DNA from: Alphaproteobacteria bacterium
GTDB lineage: Bacteria > Pseudomonadota > Alphaproteobacteria > UBA8317
Length of the DNA: 64,000 nucleotides
Direction of reading: 5' to 3'
NCBI GenBank assembly: GCA_038131935.1
Contig: JAYPQH010000032.1
Location: 128,001-192,000, forward strand
Shown: piece after piece, positions 10,717 through 21,423 of the stretch
Position numbering within the stretch: position 1 is the first letter of the stretch
Layout: every line of letters starts with the position of its first letter
Notes under the pieces: generated by a model
What the model saw: only the letters and a program-made list of their open reading frames with translations
What the model was told of the DNA's origin: nothing
The model's database searches: none
Translations under genes and position numbers: made by a program

Positions 10717-11718
10717 ATGACAGCTCAAAACCATATGCGATCTTCTTCATCGTCTAGAGGTAGTTCAGAAGTGCCTCAGACCAATGAATTTGTGGTAGCT
10801 GCACTATATAAATTTGCGCAAATAGCAGATCCATCATTGGAACAAAGCAAACTTTTTGAATGCGGTTCGCGCGCCAATCTGCTGGGAACATTGCTGGTAG
10901 CTAAAGAAGGTATCAATGGAACGGTTTGTGGTAGTACCGATGGGGTACAACAATTGGTGTCATACATACGCCAGCATTCTTCATTTCACGACACCGTAAT
11001 CAAATATTCCTTCGCCCCTCAAAAAACCTTTTACCGCTGGAAGGTCAAATTGAAAAAGGAAATTGTCACCATGGGCATCCCGGACACAGACCCTCAAAAA
11101 ATTGTTGGGTCATATGTTAAACCTGAGGATTGGAATGCCTTGATTACAGATCCTGATGTATTGGTGGTAGATACACGAAATGATTATGAGATTGCGATTG
11201 GTACCTTTGCTCATGCTGTAAGTCCTGAAACAAAAACATTTCGTGAGTTTCCAGCATGGGGACAACAACTCGCCAGTCAGCCAGAGCATAAACGCCCTAA
11301 GAAACTCGCGATGTTCTGCACAGGTGGTATCCGCTGTGAAAAGGCAACATCATACATGAAAAGCCTAGGATTTAACGACGTATTTCATCTAGAAGGTGGT
11401 ATTCTGAAATATCTAGAAACAATTCCTCAAGAAGAGAGCCTTTGGGAAGGTGAATGTTTTGTGTTTGATCAAAGAGTTTCTGTACAACATGGCTTAGAGC
11501 CAGGTAGCTTTGACATGTGTCATGCATGCAGGATGCCATTAGCCTCTGAAGATTTGCAACTAGATAGCTATCAAGAGGGTATTTCTTGCAAATATTGCAT
11601 CAACAACAACTCCACTTCACAAAAGGAGCGCTTTGCACAGCGCCAAAAACAGGTGCAACTGGCTCAGAAACGCCAGGAACAACATATTGGACCGTCACAT
11701 ACGAAAAAGACACCATGA
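10717..11718 (+). CDS. trhO: Rhodanese-domain tRNA uridine(34) hydroxylase (TrhO/YceA family)
   Basis: EGINGT, VDTRNDYE, MFCTGGIRCEKAT, WEGECFVFDQRV. Confidence 0.9.
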   Translation: MTAQNHMRSSSSSRGSSEVPQTNEFVVAALYKFAQIADPSLEQSKLFECGSRANLLGTLLVAKEGINGTVCGSTDGVQQLVSYIRQHSSFHDTVIKYSFAPQKTFYRWKVKLKKEIVTMGIPDTDPQKIVGSYVKPEDWNALITDPDVLVVDTRNDYEIAIGTFAHAVSPETKTFREFPAWGQQLASQPEHKRPKKLAMFCTGGIRCEKATSYMKSLGFNDVFHLEGGILKYLETIPQEESLWEGECFVFDQRVSVQHGLEPGSFDMCHACRMPLASEDLQLDSYQEGISCKYCINNNSTSQKERFAQRQKQVQLAQKRQEQHIGPSHTKKTP

Positions 11719-12332
11719 CGGCCTCGGTATTGTACTCATTTCGAAGATGTCCTTTTGCCATGCGTAGCCGGATGGCCCTTGATGCAGCAGCTGTCTCCTT
11801 TGAGCATCGTGAAATACTTCTTCGCAACAAACCTCGGCAGATGATTGAAGCAAGTCCAAAGGGAACCGTCCCTGTGTTGGTACTCAATAATGGTGAAGTT
11901 ATTGATGAGTCATTAGACATCATGCGGTGGGCTTTAGATTATCATGACCCAGAAAATTGGCGCCAAAGCAACCAAGCAACGTTAGAATTTATAGCATTAT
12001 GTGACGGTCCATTCAAACATCACTTAGATCGATATAAATATGCTTCCCGTTATGCACAGGAAGATTCACTCTATCATCGGGAACATGCCGAAAAAATATT
12101 ACATTTGTTTGATCAACAAATTCAAAAACATGGCTTTTTGGCTGGTACGCAACCCAACATTGCCGATGTTGCCACCTTTCCATTCATTCGCCAATTTTCT
12201 ATTGCAGACCCAACCTATTTTCATCAACTTGAACTGCCTGCACTGCAGAAATGGCTAACATTCTGGCTGGAGAGTACTCGGTTTCAACGCATCATGAAAA
12301 AGCATCCCATCTTTCAGGAGTCACCATCATGA
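11715..12332 (+). CDS. Glutathione S-transferase family protein
   Basis: LYSFRRCPFAMRSR, SPKGTVPVL, DESLDIM, FPFIRQF; ATG overlaps trhO stop. Confidence 0.9.
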   Translation: MTASVLYSFRRCPFAMRSRMALDAAAVSFEHREILLRNKPRQMIEASPKGTVPVLVLNNGEVIDESLDIMRWALDYHDPENWRQSNQATLEFIALCDGPFKHHLDRYKYASRYAQEDSLYHREHAEKILHLFDQQIQKHGFLAGTQPNIADVATFPFIRQFSIADPTYFHQLELPALQKWLTFWLESTRFQRIMKKHPIFQESPS

Positions 12333-14116
12333 ATGACAATATGGATTTTATACTTGCCGATATTCTCTCACATACCCATACCATCGCAATGGTTGGGGCT
12401 TCGTCAAATTGGAAAAGACCCAGTTATTTTGTGATGAAATATCTTTTAGAGCAAGGATATCAGGTCATTCCTGTGAACCCAACGCTACAAGGTCAGGATA
12501 TTCTTGGTCAAACAGTTTATGGTTCATTGCATGATATACCTTTTCCTGTGGATATGGTTGATGTCTTTCGCCGCGTTGAGGAATGTCCACAGATTGCACG
12601 AGATGCTGTTGCGATAGGCGCTAAAATTTTGTGGTTACAACAAAAAATTATTTCTAATGAAGCAGATATGATTGCTACGGACGCTGGCTTACGGGTCATC
12701 ATGGACCGCTGCCCCAAAATCGAGCATTCTCGTCTCAATGGTCTTCTTGGTATCCATGGTTTTCATTCAGGTGTGATGACGGCGCGTCGTCGCTCAGCTC
12801 CTACGAGCAAACCAGCACCGCGTGATGGCGGGTTGTTCAAAAGTCAGCAGCTGCAAACACTTGCAATTCATGCAGGAACAGCGCCAGATCCAGCTACTGG
12901 CGCACGCATTACACCCATTTATCAAACAACCGCATTTGTGTTTGATGATGCAGAACATGCAGCTGGTTTATTTAACCTGCAAACACCTGGAAATATCTAT
13001 GGCCGTTTATCCAATCCAACCACGGCAGCCTTAGAACAGAAGCTAGCCGCACTTGAAGGTGGATTGGGAGCAACCTGTTGTGCATCAGGCCATGCTGCAC
13101 AACTTCTCGCTCTGTTTCCTCTCATGCAACCCGGTCATCGTATCATCGCTTCTACCCGGTTATATGGGGGAACGGTCACGCAGTTTTCGAAAACATTCCA
13201 ACGTTTTGGGTGGCATGTTGATTTCGTCGACACAGACGATATTGATGCCGTAAGAGTTGCATTGGCTCACGAAGACGCAAGGGTACTTTTTGCCGAGAGT
13301 TTGGCCAACCCCGGTGGTATCGTCACAGATATTGAGGCTCTTTCAAAATGCGCTAAAGAATTTGGTGTACCTCTGATTATTGATTCAACAATGGCCACAC
13401 CAATTTTATGTCGCCCAATAGACTACGGGGCAGACATTGTCGTGCATTCAACCACAAAATTCTTATCCGGCCATGGTCAAGCCATGGGCGGTGTGGTTAT
13501 TGATAGTGGCCGATTTGATTGGTCATCTGGACGTGGTTTTCCAGCATTAACAGAGCCGGAGCCAGCATATCATGGCATCAGTTTTTTTGAGACATTTGGC
13601 CCTCTTAGCTTCACAAATTATGCCCACGCCGTAGGATTACGTGATCTAGGTCCAACCATGGCACCCATGAACGCCTTTTTAACGCTAACGGGTTTAGAAA
13701 CACTTGCCTTGCGCATGCCCGCTCATGTGGCCAACGCTTACAAGATTGCTTTATTTCTAGATAATCATCCCAAGGTTGAAACTGTCACCTATGCAAAACT
13801 TACGACAAGTCCTTGGTTTAAAAATGCCGAGAAATACATGCCAGAAGGCCCAGGTTCGGTTTTCACCTTTTGCATCAAGGGTCATTACGAGGACGGCGCA
13901 AAATTGGTGGCTCATTGTAATCTATTCAGTCACCTTGCAAATATCGGGGATACCCGTTCGCTTATCTTACATCCAGCCTCAACCACGCACCGTCAATTGA
14001 CAGAGCAACAGCGTCAAGCTGCAGGTATAGAGGAGAATATGCTTCGCCTTTCCATAGGGTTGGAACATGCTGATGACCTTATTTATGATCTCGAACAGGC
14101 CCTTGCCGTGATCTGA
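12329..14116 (+). CDS. CoA-binding domain (YccU-like) fused to O-acetylhomoserine aminocarboxypropyltransferase
   Basis: N-terminal IAMVGAS...PVNP...DMVDVFR...MDRCPKIE; C-terminal TPIYQTT, YGRLSNPT, HSTTKFLSGHG (PLP Lys), RLSIGLE. Confidence 0.9.
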   Translation: MNDNMDFILADILSHTHTIAMVGASSNWKRPSYFVMKYLLEQGYQVIPVNPTLQGQDILGQTVYGSLHDIPFPVDMVDVFRRVEECPQIARDAVAIGAKILWLQQKIISNEADMIATDAGLRVIMDRCPKIEHSRLNGLLGIHGFHSGVMTARRRSAPTSKPAPRDGGLFKSQQLQTLAIHAGTAPDPATGARITPIYQTTAFVFDDAEHAAGLFNLQTPGNIYGRLSNPTTAALEQKLAALEGGLGATCCASGHAAQLLALFPLMQPGHRIIASTRLYGGTVTQFSKTFQRFGWHVDFVDTDDIDAVRVALAHEDARVLFAESLANPGGIVTDIEALSKCAKEFGVPLIIDSTMATPILCRPIDYGADIVVHSTTKFLSGHGQAMGGVVIDSGRFDWSSGRGFPALTEPEPAYHGISFFETFGPLSFTNYAHAVGLRDLGPTMAPMNAFLTLTGLETLALRMPAHVANAYKIALFLDNHPKVETVTYAKLTTSPWFKNAEKYMPEGPGSVFTFCIKGHYEDGAKLVAHCNLFSHLANIGDTRSLILHPASTTHRQLTEQQRQAAGIEENMLRLSIGLEHADDLIYDLEQALAVI

Positions 14117-14143
14117 CGTGATAAACAAAACAGAGGGAATTCA

Positions 14144-14839
14144 ATGCTCACAAACCTTTTTGATCACGTGGTGATATTGGGTGCAGGTGGTGGTATAGGG
14201 TCAGCTTTGGCGACATGGCACAAAGAACGTGGATCAAACGACCAAAAGCTCTCACTTTTTTCGCGTAAAACTGGTTTTGATATCACTTCAGATCATACCG
14301 TTTCACAAATGGCTAAGCACATTGGGCCACCACACCCAGCAAGCCTGATTATCAATGCAACAGGCTTTCTGCATAATGATGAATTTCAACCAGAAAAATC
14401 GCTCCGGCAGCTTGAAAAGGACGCATTAATCCATGCCTTTTTGATCAACGCAGTTGGCCCAGGACTCCTCATGAAACATGTTGCTCGCGTGATGCCACGC
14501 CAACATGCTTGGACATTTGTAACATTGTCTGCTCGTGTGGGAAGTATATCTGATAACGAATTAGGAGGATGGTATTCTTACAGGACTTCTAAGGCGGCCC
14601 ATAATCAATTATTAAAAACAGCGAGCATTGAAATTCGCAGAACCCATCCAAACGCCATTTTGGTCGCCATGCATCCTGGAACCGTTGCTACAAAATTATC
14701 TCAACCGTTTTCAAAAACTGGATTAGATGTTCGCCAACCATCTAAAGCTGCCAACGATATTATGAAGGTCATCACAAATCTGAAAACAACAGACCATGGA
14801 ACTTTTATTGACCATAAAGGCATGCCTATCGCGTGGTGA
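14144..14839 (+). CDS. SDR oxidoreductase (CsgA/C-factor-like)
   Basis: GAGGGIG, LSARVGSISDN, YRTSK, HPGTV. Confidence 0.9.
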   Translation: MLTNLFDHVVILGAGGGIGSALATWHKERGSNDQKLSLFSRKTGFDITSDHTVSQMAKHIGPPHPASLIINATGFLHNDEFQPEKSLRQLEKDALIHAFLINAVGPGLLMKHVARVMPRQHAWTFVTLSARVGSISDNELGGWYSYRTSKAAHNQLLKTASIEIRRTHPNAILVAMHPGTVATKLSQPFSKTGLDVRQPSKAANDIMKVITNLKTTDHGTFIDHKGMPIAW

Positions 14840-14850
14840 ACAAGAAACCT

Positions 14851-16077
14851 TCAATGACTGCTGCGCATATGTATTTCATTCGTGGGACGAAGCCAAAGAA
14901 GATATACGAGCGCAGCCGCACTCATGACAGCCAAGGCAACCATCACCAGCATCAAAACATGGCCGCCCATCGCATACAAGAAGCCTCCCAGACTTGGACC
15001 TAAGGCAGCACCAATGGCTTTTGGTGCTGTAATAATACCTTTGGCTCGTCCATAAACTTCCGCACGGAAATACAAATTTGTAATAAACCCAAATGATACC
15101 GTCAAAATACCATGCCCCATTCCAAAAATCATCATGGCCAGAATAGCAAATACCAATGATGGTATTTGTACCAACATAAGTGCAACGGGTATCAAACATG
15201 ATGCAACAACAGCTGTAACACGAGCATCAAAACGATGACCAAATTTCATTTCAATTACCCTGCCAACCACCTGAAATGGGCCATAAATGGACGCAAGGTA
15301 GATTGCCAACATGGGATCGTGATATTGCCCCTCGAACCAAGTAATCCACATCAAGGTGGTTGAAGCGAACAGCAAATATTCAAAGCATCCTGTGGATGCT
15401 AGCGCTACCAAAGCCTGTTTTTCTTGTCTTGTAAGACCTCGCCAAGAAAATGGAAGTGATTGCTTTTCATTCTTTCCTTGAGAAGGTTGGAACCCTCTTG
15501 CGTGAGATCCAACAACAATACCACAGCAAAGTAAAATAACCGAAATAACCCAAAAAGTCCCTGTCAGACCAACAGCTAACATCAAAGGACCAATAGCCAT
15601 CCAGGTTATAGAACTTGCCACGCCGCCATAAAAAGTAATGACAGAAATATGTTTTCGAGATCCCGCTTCATCCAGTTGTACAGCTGCACCAAATGCGATT
15701 TCATAGGTGCACATGGCATAACCAAATCCAACAATCATGAGACCAGAACATAAAACAAAAAAATGCTCAGACAATCCTACGATCAACATTCCTGCTGATC
15801 CTAAAAAAAATCCCCACCGCATGACATTCAAGGCACCAAATCTATCTACCCATCGACCAATAACGGGAGCCAAAAGAGCCTGAAGAACCATCGCAACACT
15901 GATAGCAGCTAAGATGTCAGATGATGAAACAGCGTGTTTTTCTGCAAGTGGGATTTTTAGCTGTGCAAAAGCGTAAAACAACAAACCATAAGCGCAAATT
16001 TGCGAAATACCCAATGTATGAACAGGAACAATATTTCTATCTTCAGTTAAGCCTTGGGCACCGTCACCACGGCTCAT
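14851..16077 (-). CDS. MFS transporter
   Basis: About 12 hydrophobic segments, GRWVDRFG motif A. Confidence 0.85.
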   Translation of the reverse strand: MSRGDGAQGLTEDRNIVPVHTLGISQICAYGLLFYAFAQLKIPLAEKHAVSSSDILAAISVAMVLQALLAPVIGRWVDRFGALNVMRWGFFLGSAGMLIVGLSEHFFVLCSGLMIVGFGYAMCTYEIAFGAAVQLDEAGSRKHISVITFYGGVASSITWMAIGPLMLAVGLTGTFWVISVILLCCGIVVGSHARGFQPSQGKNEKQSLPFSWRGLTRQEKQALVALASTGCFEYLLFASTTLMWITWFEGQYHDPMLAIYLASIYGPFQVVGRVIEMKFGHRFDARVTAVVASCLIPVALMLVQIPSLVFAILAMMIFGMGHGILTVSFGFITNLYFRAEVYGRAKGIITAPKAIGAALGPSLGGFLYAMGGHVLMLVMVALAVMSAAALVYLLWLRPTNEIHMRSSH

Positions 16078-16700
16078 TCTGAGCGTTCCAAGTATTTGTC
16101 TATAAAGGCTTCGATATTCATTTTACGTATATCCACAAGCGCAGACCTTAGTTTCATATGATCCCAATTCCAAATTGCTAACTGAAGCAAATCATCCTCT
16201 TGCTTTTGTGTAAAGCGTCTACGAATGGGTGCAGCTGGTACACCACCAACAATTGTGTAGTTTGGAACATCTTTACTCACCACGGCCCCTGCCGCAACAA
16301 CACTGCCATGTCCTATGGTCACACCAGGAAGCACGACCACCCCATGCCCTATCCACACATCATGGCCAATAGAAACATTCTGCCGTTTTCGCCATGCAAA
16401 AAACGCAATATCATCCTCACCCAAATCATAATTTTCTGACCGATAAGATAAATGATGTTGCGTCACGCGCCATGTAGGGTGATTGCCCGGGTTAATCCGT
16501 ACATTTCTGGCGATGGAACATAACTTTCCAATTTTACTGTCAACCACATCACCATATTCAACGATGTAGGAATAATCTCCCATCGTTGTTCGAGACATAG
16601 TTGTGTAAGCCCCTACCTCTGTCCAAGCTCCAAGCGTGCAATCAGACAATTTGGCTGTTGGATGTATAAAGGGCGTTTCACTCAGCTTTTGATCGGCCAC
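16074..16700 (-). CDS. Phosphonate-cluster hexapeptide-repeat acetyltransferase
   Basis: GTG start 16700; [28 protein letters not shown]; located in phn cluster. Confidence 0.88.
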   Translation of the reverse strand: MADQKLSETPFIHPTAKLSDCTLGAWTEVGAYTTMSRTTMGDYSYIVEYGDVVDSKIGKLCSIARNVRINPGNHPTWRVTQHHLSYRSENYDLGEDDIAFFAWRKRQNVSIGHDVWIGHGVVVLPGVTIGHGSVVAAGAVVSKDVPNYTIVGGVPAAPIRRRFTQKQEDDLLQLAIWNWDHMKLRSALVDIRKMNIEAFIDKYLERSE

Positions 16701-17232
16701 GACGCATAAACCAAACAACAAGAAGAACAAGAAGCAAAACGGCAGCACCAACAATCATCATTCCCATGGAATCCTGATCTTCAATTGAGTCTTGCTGATC
16801 ACCCTGAGCAGAAGACGAACTTTCATCTGCATTGTTTTTCTGCACTGACAAGCTGGCATCTTGGCCAAATTTTTCGGTTACACCATCACGCGCAAAAGCA
16901 TAAGCAGCCTCAAGCTTCGCTGTGGCTTCTTCCATTTTACCTTGTCCGCATAAAGCAAAGCCCTCATCAACCATTTGCACGGCTTGTTTCTGTGCATCAT
17001 CCGTCGTTCGCGCCAATTCAACGCGAACCCGAGCGCGCAATGTAATCAATCCAATATCGTCACATTGATCGATCAACTTTTGAAATGATTCTTGAGCATT
17101 TGTACTGGCCTCGTTTCCAGCTTGCATCTCTTGATTGGCGGAGCCAACATTCGATGATTGAGCATAAACTGTGGTTGTTGCGAAAATAAGCCCCAAAAAA
17201 CACAACACAATTGCCTTAAACATGAAAAACAT
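16678..17232 (-). CDS. Hypothetical exported protein with C-terminal membrane anchor
   Basis: Signal peptide, helical core with two Cys, acidic/Ser linker, TM helix plus RRGRSK tail; tightly spaced within the operon. Confidence 0.7.
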   Translation of the reverse strand: MFFMFKAIVLCFLGLIFATTTVYAQSSNVGSANQEMQAGNEASTNAQESFQKLIDQCDDIGLITLRARVRVELARTTDDAQKQAVQMVDEGFALCGQGKMEEATAKLEAAYAFARDGVTEKFGQDASLSVQKNNADESSSSAQGDQQDSIEDQDSMGMMIVGAAVLLLVLLVVWFMRRGRSKAE

Positions 17233-17240
17233 CCCTTCTA

Positions 17241-18605
17241 TTAATGATCATACTTTATGAGTGCACGGCGCAAATATCCTGAAATGGCATCGATGATGAT
17301 AACCAGGATCAAAACAAGCAAAGATAAATAAGCAACATTTTCGAAGTCACTTCCTGTCTGCAGTGCACTCAAAAACAATGTTCCAATTCCCCCAGCACCC
17401 ATAGCACCGATAATGACGGCGGAACGGGTATTAGACTCAAAATAATACAACGATTGCGATATAAAGACTGGGAGGATTTGTGGAATGATACCAAAACGAT
17501 GCTGTTGCAATCGAGATGCACCTGTTGCACGCACACCCTCAACATCTTTTTTGTTTGCATTTTCAATTGCTTCCGACATCAATTTGCCCAAGGTGCCTGT
17601 ATCTGTCAGACCAATTGCGAAAATTCCTGTAAATAAGCCAGGGCCAAATGCACGTAGGAATATCAAGGACCAAATCAGCATATCGATCCCCCTGAAAAGA
17701 TCGAAGGTCCGGCGGGAGACAAAACGAAGCCACGCAAAAGGTGCAACATTTTTCGCGGCTAGAAAGGCAAGTGGCAACCCTAGAAAGGATGCGAATGCTG
17801 TGCCCAAAATTGCCATCATCAACGTTTCAAGCAACGCAAAAAACACTTTGCCATGCAACCACATTTCATTATTCACAAATTCATCCCAAACCAGATCCGC
17901 ATTGCTACGATCTGTAACCACTCTCGTGTCTGAAAAAAGCAGATTGATTGCCGTTAATGGATTCATACCAACCAGTGGGCTATGAAAATCAAACCAGAAA
18001 TAAGCCCAACCAAATTCATATCGATGAATTTCGATTTTACGGCCATACACTTGGACGCGTTTGAACACAGATGGTCTAATTTCAACTTTCGATTCTGTGA
18101 CACGTATCCAATCTGGTAACTCGTCTAAGCGGTCTTGATACCCAACAACATAAGGTTTCTTTTTGTCATTAATAGCGACTTCAAATTGATTTAGACCTTC
18201 ACCAAAGCCTTGAATAATTACACGATCTAACTGCTTCTCCACAAAGGATCCATCAGTAAATGTCACCCTCGAGGAAGAGTTATCTCTACCTTGTCCCACC
18301 CAACCGGGAGGTTCATCATAGGTGTAAAAAGAGCTTCCTTCGAATCGCACTTGAACAAAATTTGGGTCTTCCCAACTATAATTCACATGATTTTTATAGG
18401 CGATCAAATCTACCGCAAACAGCGCCGCTCTGTTGGGATCCCATCGACGCATAACACCTGGCAGATCAAATAATGAGAGGGCAAAGCCGATATAGATCAA
18501 GATGATCGCGACAGTCCCACCGGCTATCATCCTTCCGCGACGAACATGTGCAAAAATATCAGCGTATTTTTCAAGATGAGAAGTTTTAGAGACCTGTTCC
18601 ATCAC
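17241..18605 (-). CDS. phnE: Phosphonate ABC permease PhnE, long form
   Basis: DTGTLGKLMSEAIEN, ESNTRSAVIIGAMGAGGIG. Confidence 0.93.
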   Translation of the reverse strand: MMEQVSKTSHLEKYADIFAHVRRGRMIAGGTVAIILIYIGFALSLFDLPGVMRRWDPNRAALFAVDLIAYKNHVNYSWEDPNFVQVRFEGSSFYTYDEPPGWVGQGRDNSSSRVTFTDGSFVEKQLDRVIIQGFGEGLNQFEVAINDKKKPYVVGYQDRLDELPDWIRVTESKVEIRPSVFKRVQVYGRKIEIHRYEFGWAYFWFDFHSPLVGMNPLTAINLLFSDTRVVTDRSNADLVWDEFVNNEMWLHGKVFFALLETLMMAILGTAFASFLGLPLAFLAAKNVAPFAWLRFVSRRTFDLFRGIDMLIWSLIFLRAFGPGLFTGIFAIGLTDTGTLGKLMSEAIENANKKDVEGVRATGASRLQQHRFGIIPQILPVFISQSLYYFESNTRSAVIIGAMGAGGIGTLFLSALQTGSDFENVAYLSLLVLILVIIIDAISGYLRRALIKYDH

Positions 18606-19450
18606 TGATCTCCAATCAAATGTCCGCGCACATATCGCGAAAGATAATCCAATGAGGTAATGGTCGCCACAAGAAGGAACATGATGGCAAAAACATCATC
18701 ACCATAGCGCCATTGAATAACTGTAGACAGGGCCTCACCAATACCCCCAGCCCCAACAAATCCAAGAATTGTAGAGGCGCGAACATTAATTTCAGTGCGC
18801 AATAGCCCATAAGAAAAAAACAAAGGTAACACCTGTGGAATAACCGCGTAACGAACCTTTTGCAGCCATGATCCACCAACAGAAGTTAAACCCTCAATGG
18901 GTTTGTCATCTATATTTTCTATGGCCTCTGAGAATAATTTGCCTAACGCTCCAGCGGTATGTATTGTGATGGCAATGACCGCTGGCAGAAGCGACCTTCC
19001 CATGAGAAACAGCAGGATCATCGCAATAACCAATTCGGGAAACGAGCGGCAAATATCCATAAATCTGCGCACAATGAGCACAATATAAGCATTGTCATTA
19101 ATGTTACGACTGCCCAGAACACCCAAAATAACTGCAAAGAAAAAACCCAGACCCGTTGAAAACACGGCCATGTTAATGGTCTGTAACAAAAGAGGGATAT
19201 AGGATACGACTGTTTCTGGCCAACCCCATCCCGCAGCCCATGCTTGGACGAACAAATCAGCTGGATAATCAAAGAAATTATCAATCCCACGGGCGAAGCT
19301 TCCGGCATTGTTCTGCTCAGCCATCACAAACCCAATTACCATCATTCCAATGATAAAAATAAGGAATCCAATGGTGTAGAAAAAACGAGCACGCGCCAAT
19401 TCATCGAGACGCTTTTCGATAAGCGTAAACTTCTCGTTCGTCACTTCCAT
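18602..19450 (-). CDS. phnE: Phosphonate ABC permease PhnE
   Basis: RSFPELV, GALGKLFSEAIE, EINVRASTILGFVGAGGIG; start 19450 inferred. Confidence 0.93.
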   Translation of the reverse strand: MEVTNEKFTLIEKRLDELARARFFYTIGFLIFIIGMMVIGFVMAEQNNAGSFARGIDNFFDYPADLFVQAWAAGWGWPETVVSYIPLLLQTINMAVFSTGLGFFFAVILGVLGSRNINDNAYIVLIVRRFMDICRSFPELVIAMILLFLMGRSLLPAVIAITIHTAGALGKLFSEAIENIDDKPIEGLTSVGGSWLQKVRYAVIPQVLPLFFSYGLLRTEINVRASTILGFVGAGGIGEALSTVIQWRYGDDVFAIMFLLVATITSLDYLSRYVRGHLIGDQ

Positions 19451-19483
19451 CACTATGGTGCTTTCTAAAATGAAGAGAAAATT

Positions 19484-19524
19484 AAAAAGCATATGGGGAC
19501 ATGTTTTATCGCCCCCATATGCTT
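19484..19524 (-). terminator. Stem-loop after phnD (partial terminator or mRNA stabiliser)
   Basis: Inverted repeat AAGCATATGGGG (19487-19498) / CCCCATATGCTT (19513-19524) with U-tract on minus strand. Confidence 0.7.
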
Positions 19525-19531
19525 AGAATTG

Positions 19532-20485
19532 TTAGCCTTTTTTCTTGGCTTCAATCTTTGCCTTGCGAGCCTTCACAATGCCTTCATAGAAGGAATGGTC
19601 AACAGGCACCCACGCCTTAACAATACCATTGGCTACTTTTTCACCACATGCAGGATCGTTTTTATGAATCCACTGCTTGAGAGAGACCATAACGTCCTTT
19701 GCTTCTTGTGGAAGAGCTTTGCGAAGCACGATTGGACCGTTAGGAATCAACTTTGACGACCAAATCTGAACGAGATCATCCATGTTCAAGATACCCTTAT
19801 CCACCATGCGACGAAGGTTGCCAGAGGTATATCCCTCGGTCCACTCACCAACACCAGATACCCATGTTACAGCCGCGTCAACATCTTTGTTGAGAACGCC
19901 AAGAACACCATTTTCATGACCACCCATGAACTGGGTCTTTGCAAAATAAGAATCCAACTGACCAAATTTTTCAGCAAGCTCAATTGATGGGACTAGGAAG
20001 CCAGATGTTGAGTTTGGATCAGCAAACCCCAAGCTCTTACCCTTCATATCTTCCAATGTTTTGATGCCTGAATCCTTGCGTGCAACCATGACAGAGTAAT
20101 AACCCATGTCACCAGTTGGCTGCATACGGGTCAAAACAGGCTCACCAGCTTCTGGGTTTGCAAGATAAACACCTGCATAACCAGATGAACCAAACCAAGT
20201 GTAATCAAGGTTACCACCCACGAATGCTTCCATGGTACCAGCATAGTCTTTGAACGTAAAAAACTTTACAGGGACGTTGTACGCAGCTTCAACATAAGGA
20301 ATCATGCAAGAGTTGTTAGCAATGATGTCCGCGGCAGCTTCGTCACCCAAAAAACCCATACGGAATTCTGGCTGAACAGTGCTTAAGTCCATTTTCTTTC
20401 CGGTATATTCTTTTGAAGAATGACCGCCAGCAACAGCAACACCAGCAACAGCGAGTGTAGCAAGAACAGGTAAAAATTTATTCAT
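19532..20485 (-). CDS. phnD: Phosphonate ABC substrate-binding protein
   Basis: Signal peptide, GYYSV, FADPNSTSGFLVP, GGHE, IPNGP; GGAG SD. Confidence 0.94.
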   Translation of the reverse strand: MNKFLPVLATLAVAGVAVAGGHSSKEYTGKKMDLSTVQPEFRMGFLGDEAAADIIANNSCMIPYVEAAYNVPVKFFTFKDYAGTMEAFVGGNLDYTWFGSSGYAGVYLANPEAGEPVLTRMQPTGDMGYYSVMVARKDSGIKTLEDMKGKSLGFADPNSTSGFLVPSIELAEKFGQLDSYFAKTQFMGGHENGVLGVLNKDVDAAVTWVSGVGEWTEGYTSGNLRRMVDKGILNMDDLVQIWSSKLIPNGPIVLRKALPQEAKDVMVSLKQWIHKNDPACGEKVANGIVKAWVPVDHSFYEGIVKARKAKIEAKKKG

Positions 20486-20524
20486 TATGAAATCTCCAAG
20501 TGAGGCATAAAATTGCATCAACAA

Positions 20525-21334
20525 CTACGAAGCTATCGTTAATTCAGGCGTTAACTTTTCAAGCGCAGTTGAAGTAACTGTTGGCGTAAAGGCATCATCA
20601 GCCTCCACACCATAAATCTCCCGAGCCAAATCATCAGATAAGTCGCTCGGGATTCCGTCAAACACGACCTGCCCTAACCGCATCCCAATAATGCGATCGC
20701 AGTAGGTTCGTGCTGTGTCCAAGGTGTGCAAGTTACACATAACCATTAAGCCATCGTTGCGTTGGATTGAATAAAGAGATTCCATCACAAGTTTGGCGTT
20801 AAGAGGATCAAGAGAGGCAATGGGTTCATCAGCGAGCAATAACTTTGGTTCCTGCATCATCGCCCTGCATATTGCGACACGCTGTTGTTGGCCACCAGAG
20901 AGGGTTTCAGATCTCTGTAAAGCCGTTTGGTCCATTCCGAAGCGCTCAAGCAATTCTAGAGCTCGTAATCTTTCTTCTTTCGTGAAGAACTTCAATAACG
21001 AACGAAGCTCAGATTGATGGTTTAAGTTACCGAGGATAACATTTGTTAACACATCCAACCGCGGCACGAGATTGAATTGCTGAAAAATCATCGCACAATC
21101 TTTGTGCCAGTCACGTTTTTGTTTACCACGAAATGAGAGAACATTCTGACCGTTGAAAAGTATCTCACCACTGCTTGCGTCGGACAAACGATTAATCGTT
21201 CGAAGTAATGTTGACTTACCCGCACCAGAGCGGCCGATGATTCCAACCATTGCAGGTTCATCAAAATCAAGTGTTACGTTTGCAAGAGCGGTAACTTTAC
21301 CAAAATTTTTGGATAGATTTGAAATCTTGAGCAT
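20525..21334 (-). CDS. phnC: Phosphonate ABC ATP-binding protein
   Basis: GRSGAGKST, LSGGQQQR, ADEPIASLDP. Confidence 0.95.
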   Translation of the reverse strand: MLKISNLSKNFGKVTALANVTLDFDEPAMVGIIGRSGAGKSTLLRTINRLSDASSGEILFNGQNVLSFRGKQKRDWHKDCAMIFQQFNLVPRLDVLTNVILGNLNHQSELRSLLKFFTKEERLRALELLERFGMDQTALQRSETLSGGQQQRVAICRAMMQEPKLLLADEPIASLDPLNAKLVMESLYSIQRNDGLMVMCNLHTLDTARTYCDRIIGMRLGQVVFDGIPSDLSDDLAREIYGVEADDAFTPTVTSTALEKLTPELTIAS

Positions 21335-21379
21335 ATATGGATCCTACATCTTCTATACAGGGCCCATTACGCGAGAATT

Positions 21380-21397
21380 GTGACAGTTTTATAAAAC
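21380..21397 (-). promoter_or_regulatory. Putative Pho box upstream of phnC
   Basis: Minus strand GTTTTAT-AAAA-CTGTCAC vs consensus CTGTCAT-N4-CTGTCAY; one strong half-site, about 45 nt upstream of start. Confidence 0.4.
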
Positions 21398-21423
21398 AAT
21401 GAAAATATTTTGTATAATTTATA

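Noticed and set aside
9426-14116. chrA, rhodanese, GST and sulfhydrylase as a dedicated sulfur or chromate detox island
   Set aside because: The rhodanese protein has TrhO tRNA-hydroxylase motifs and chrA is divergently oriented; no evidence of a shared pathway.
17485-17985. Longer antisense ORFs over membrane genes (also 60995-61471, 46291-46740, 57304-57729)
   Set aside because: Typical stop-poor reverse frames of real genes; no motifs recognised.
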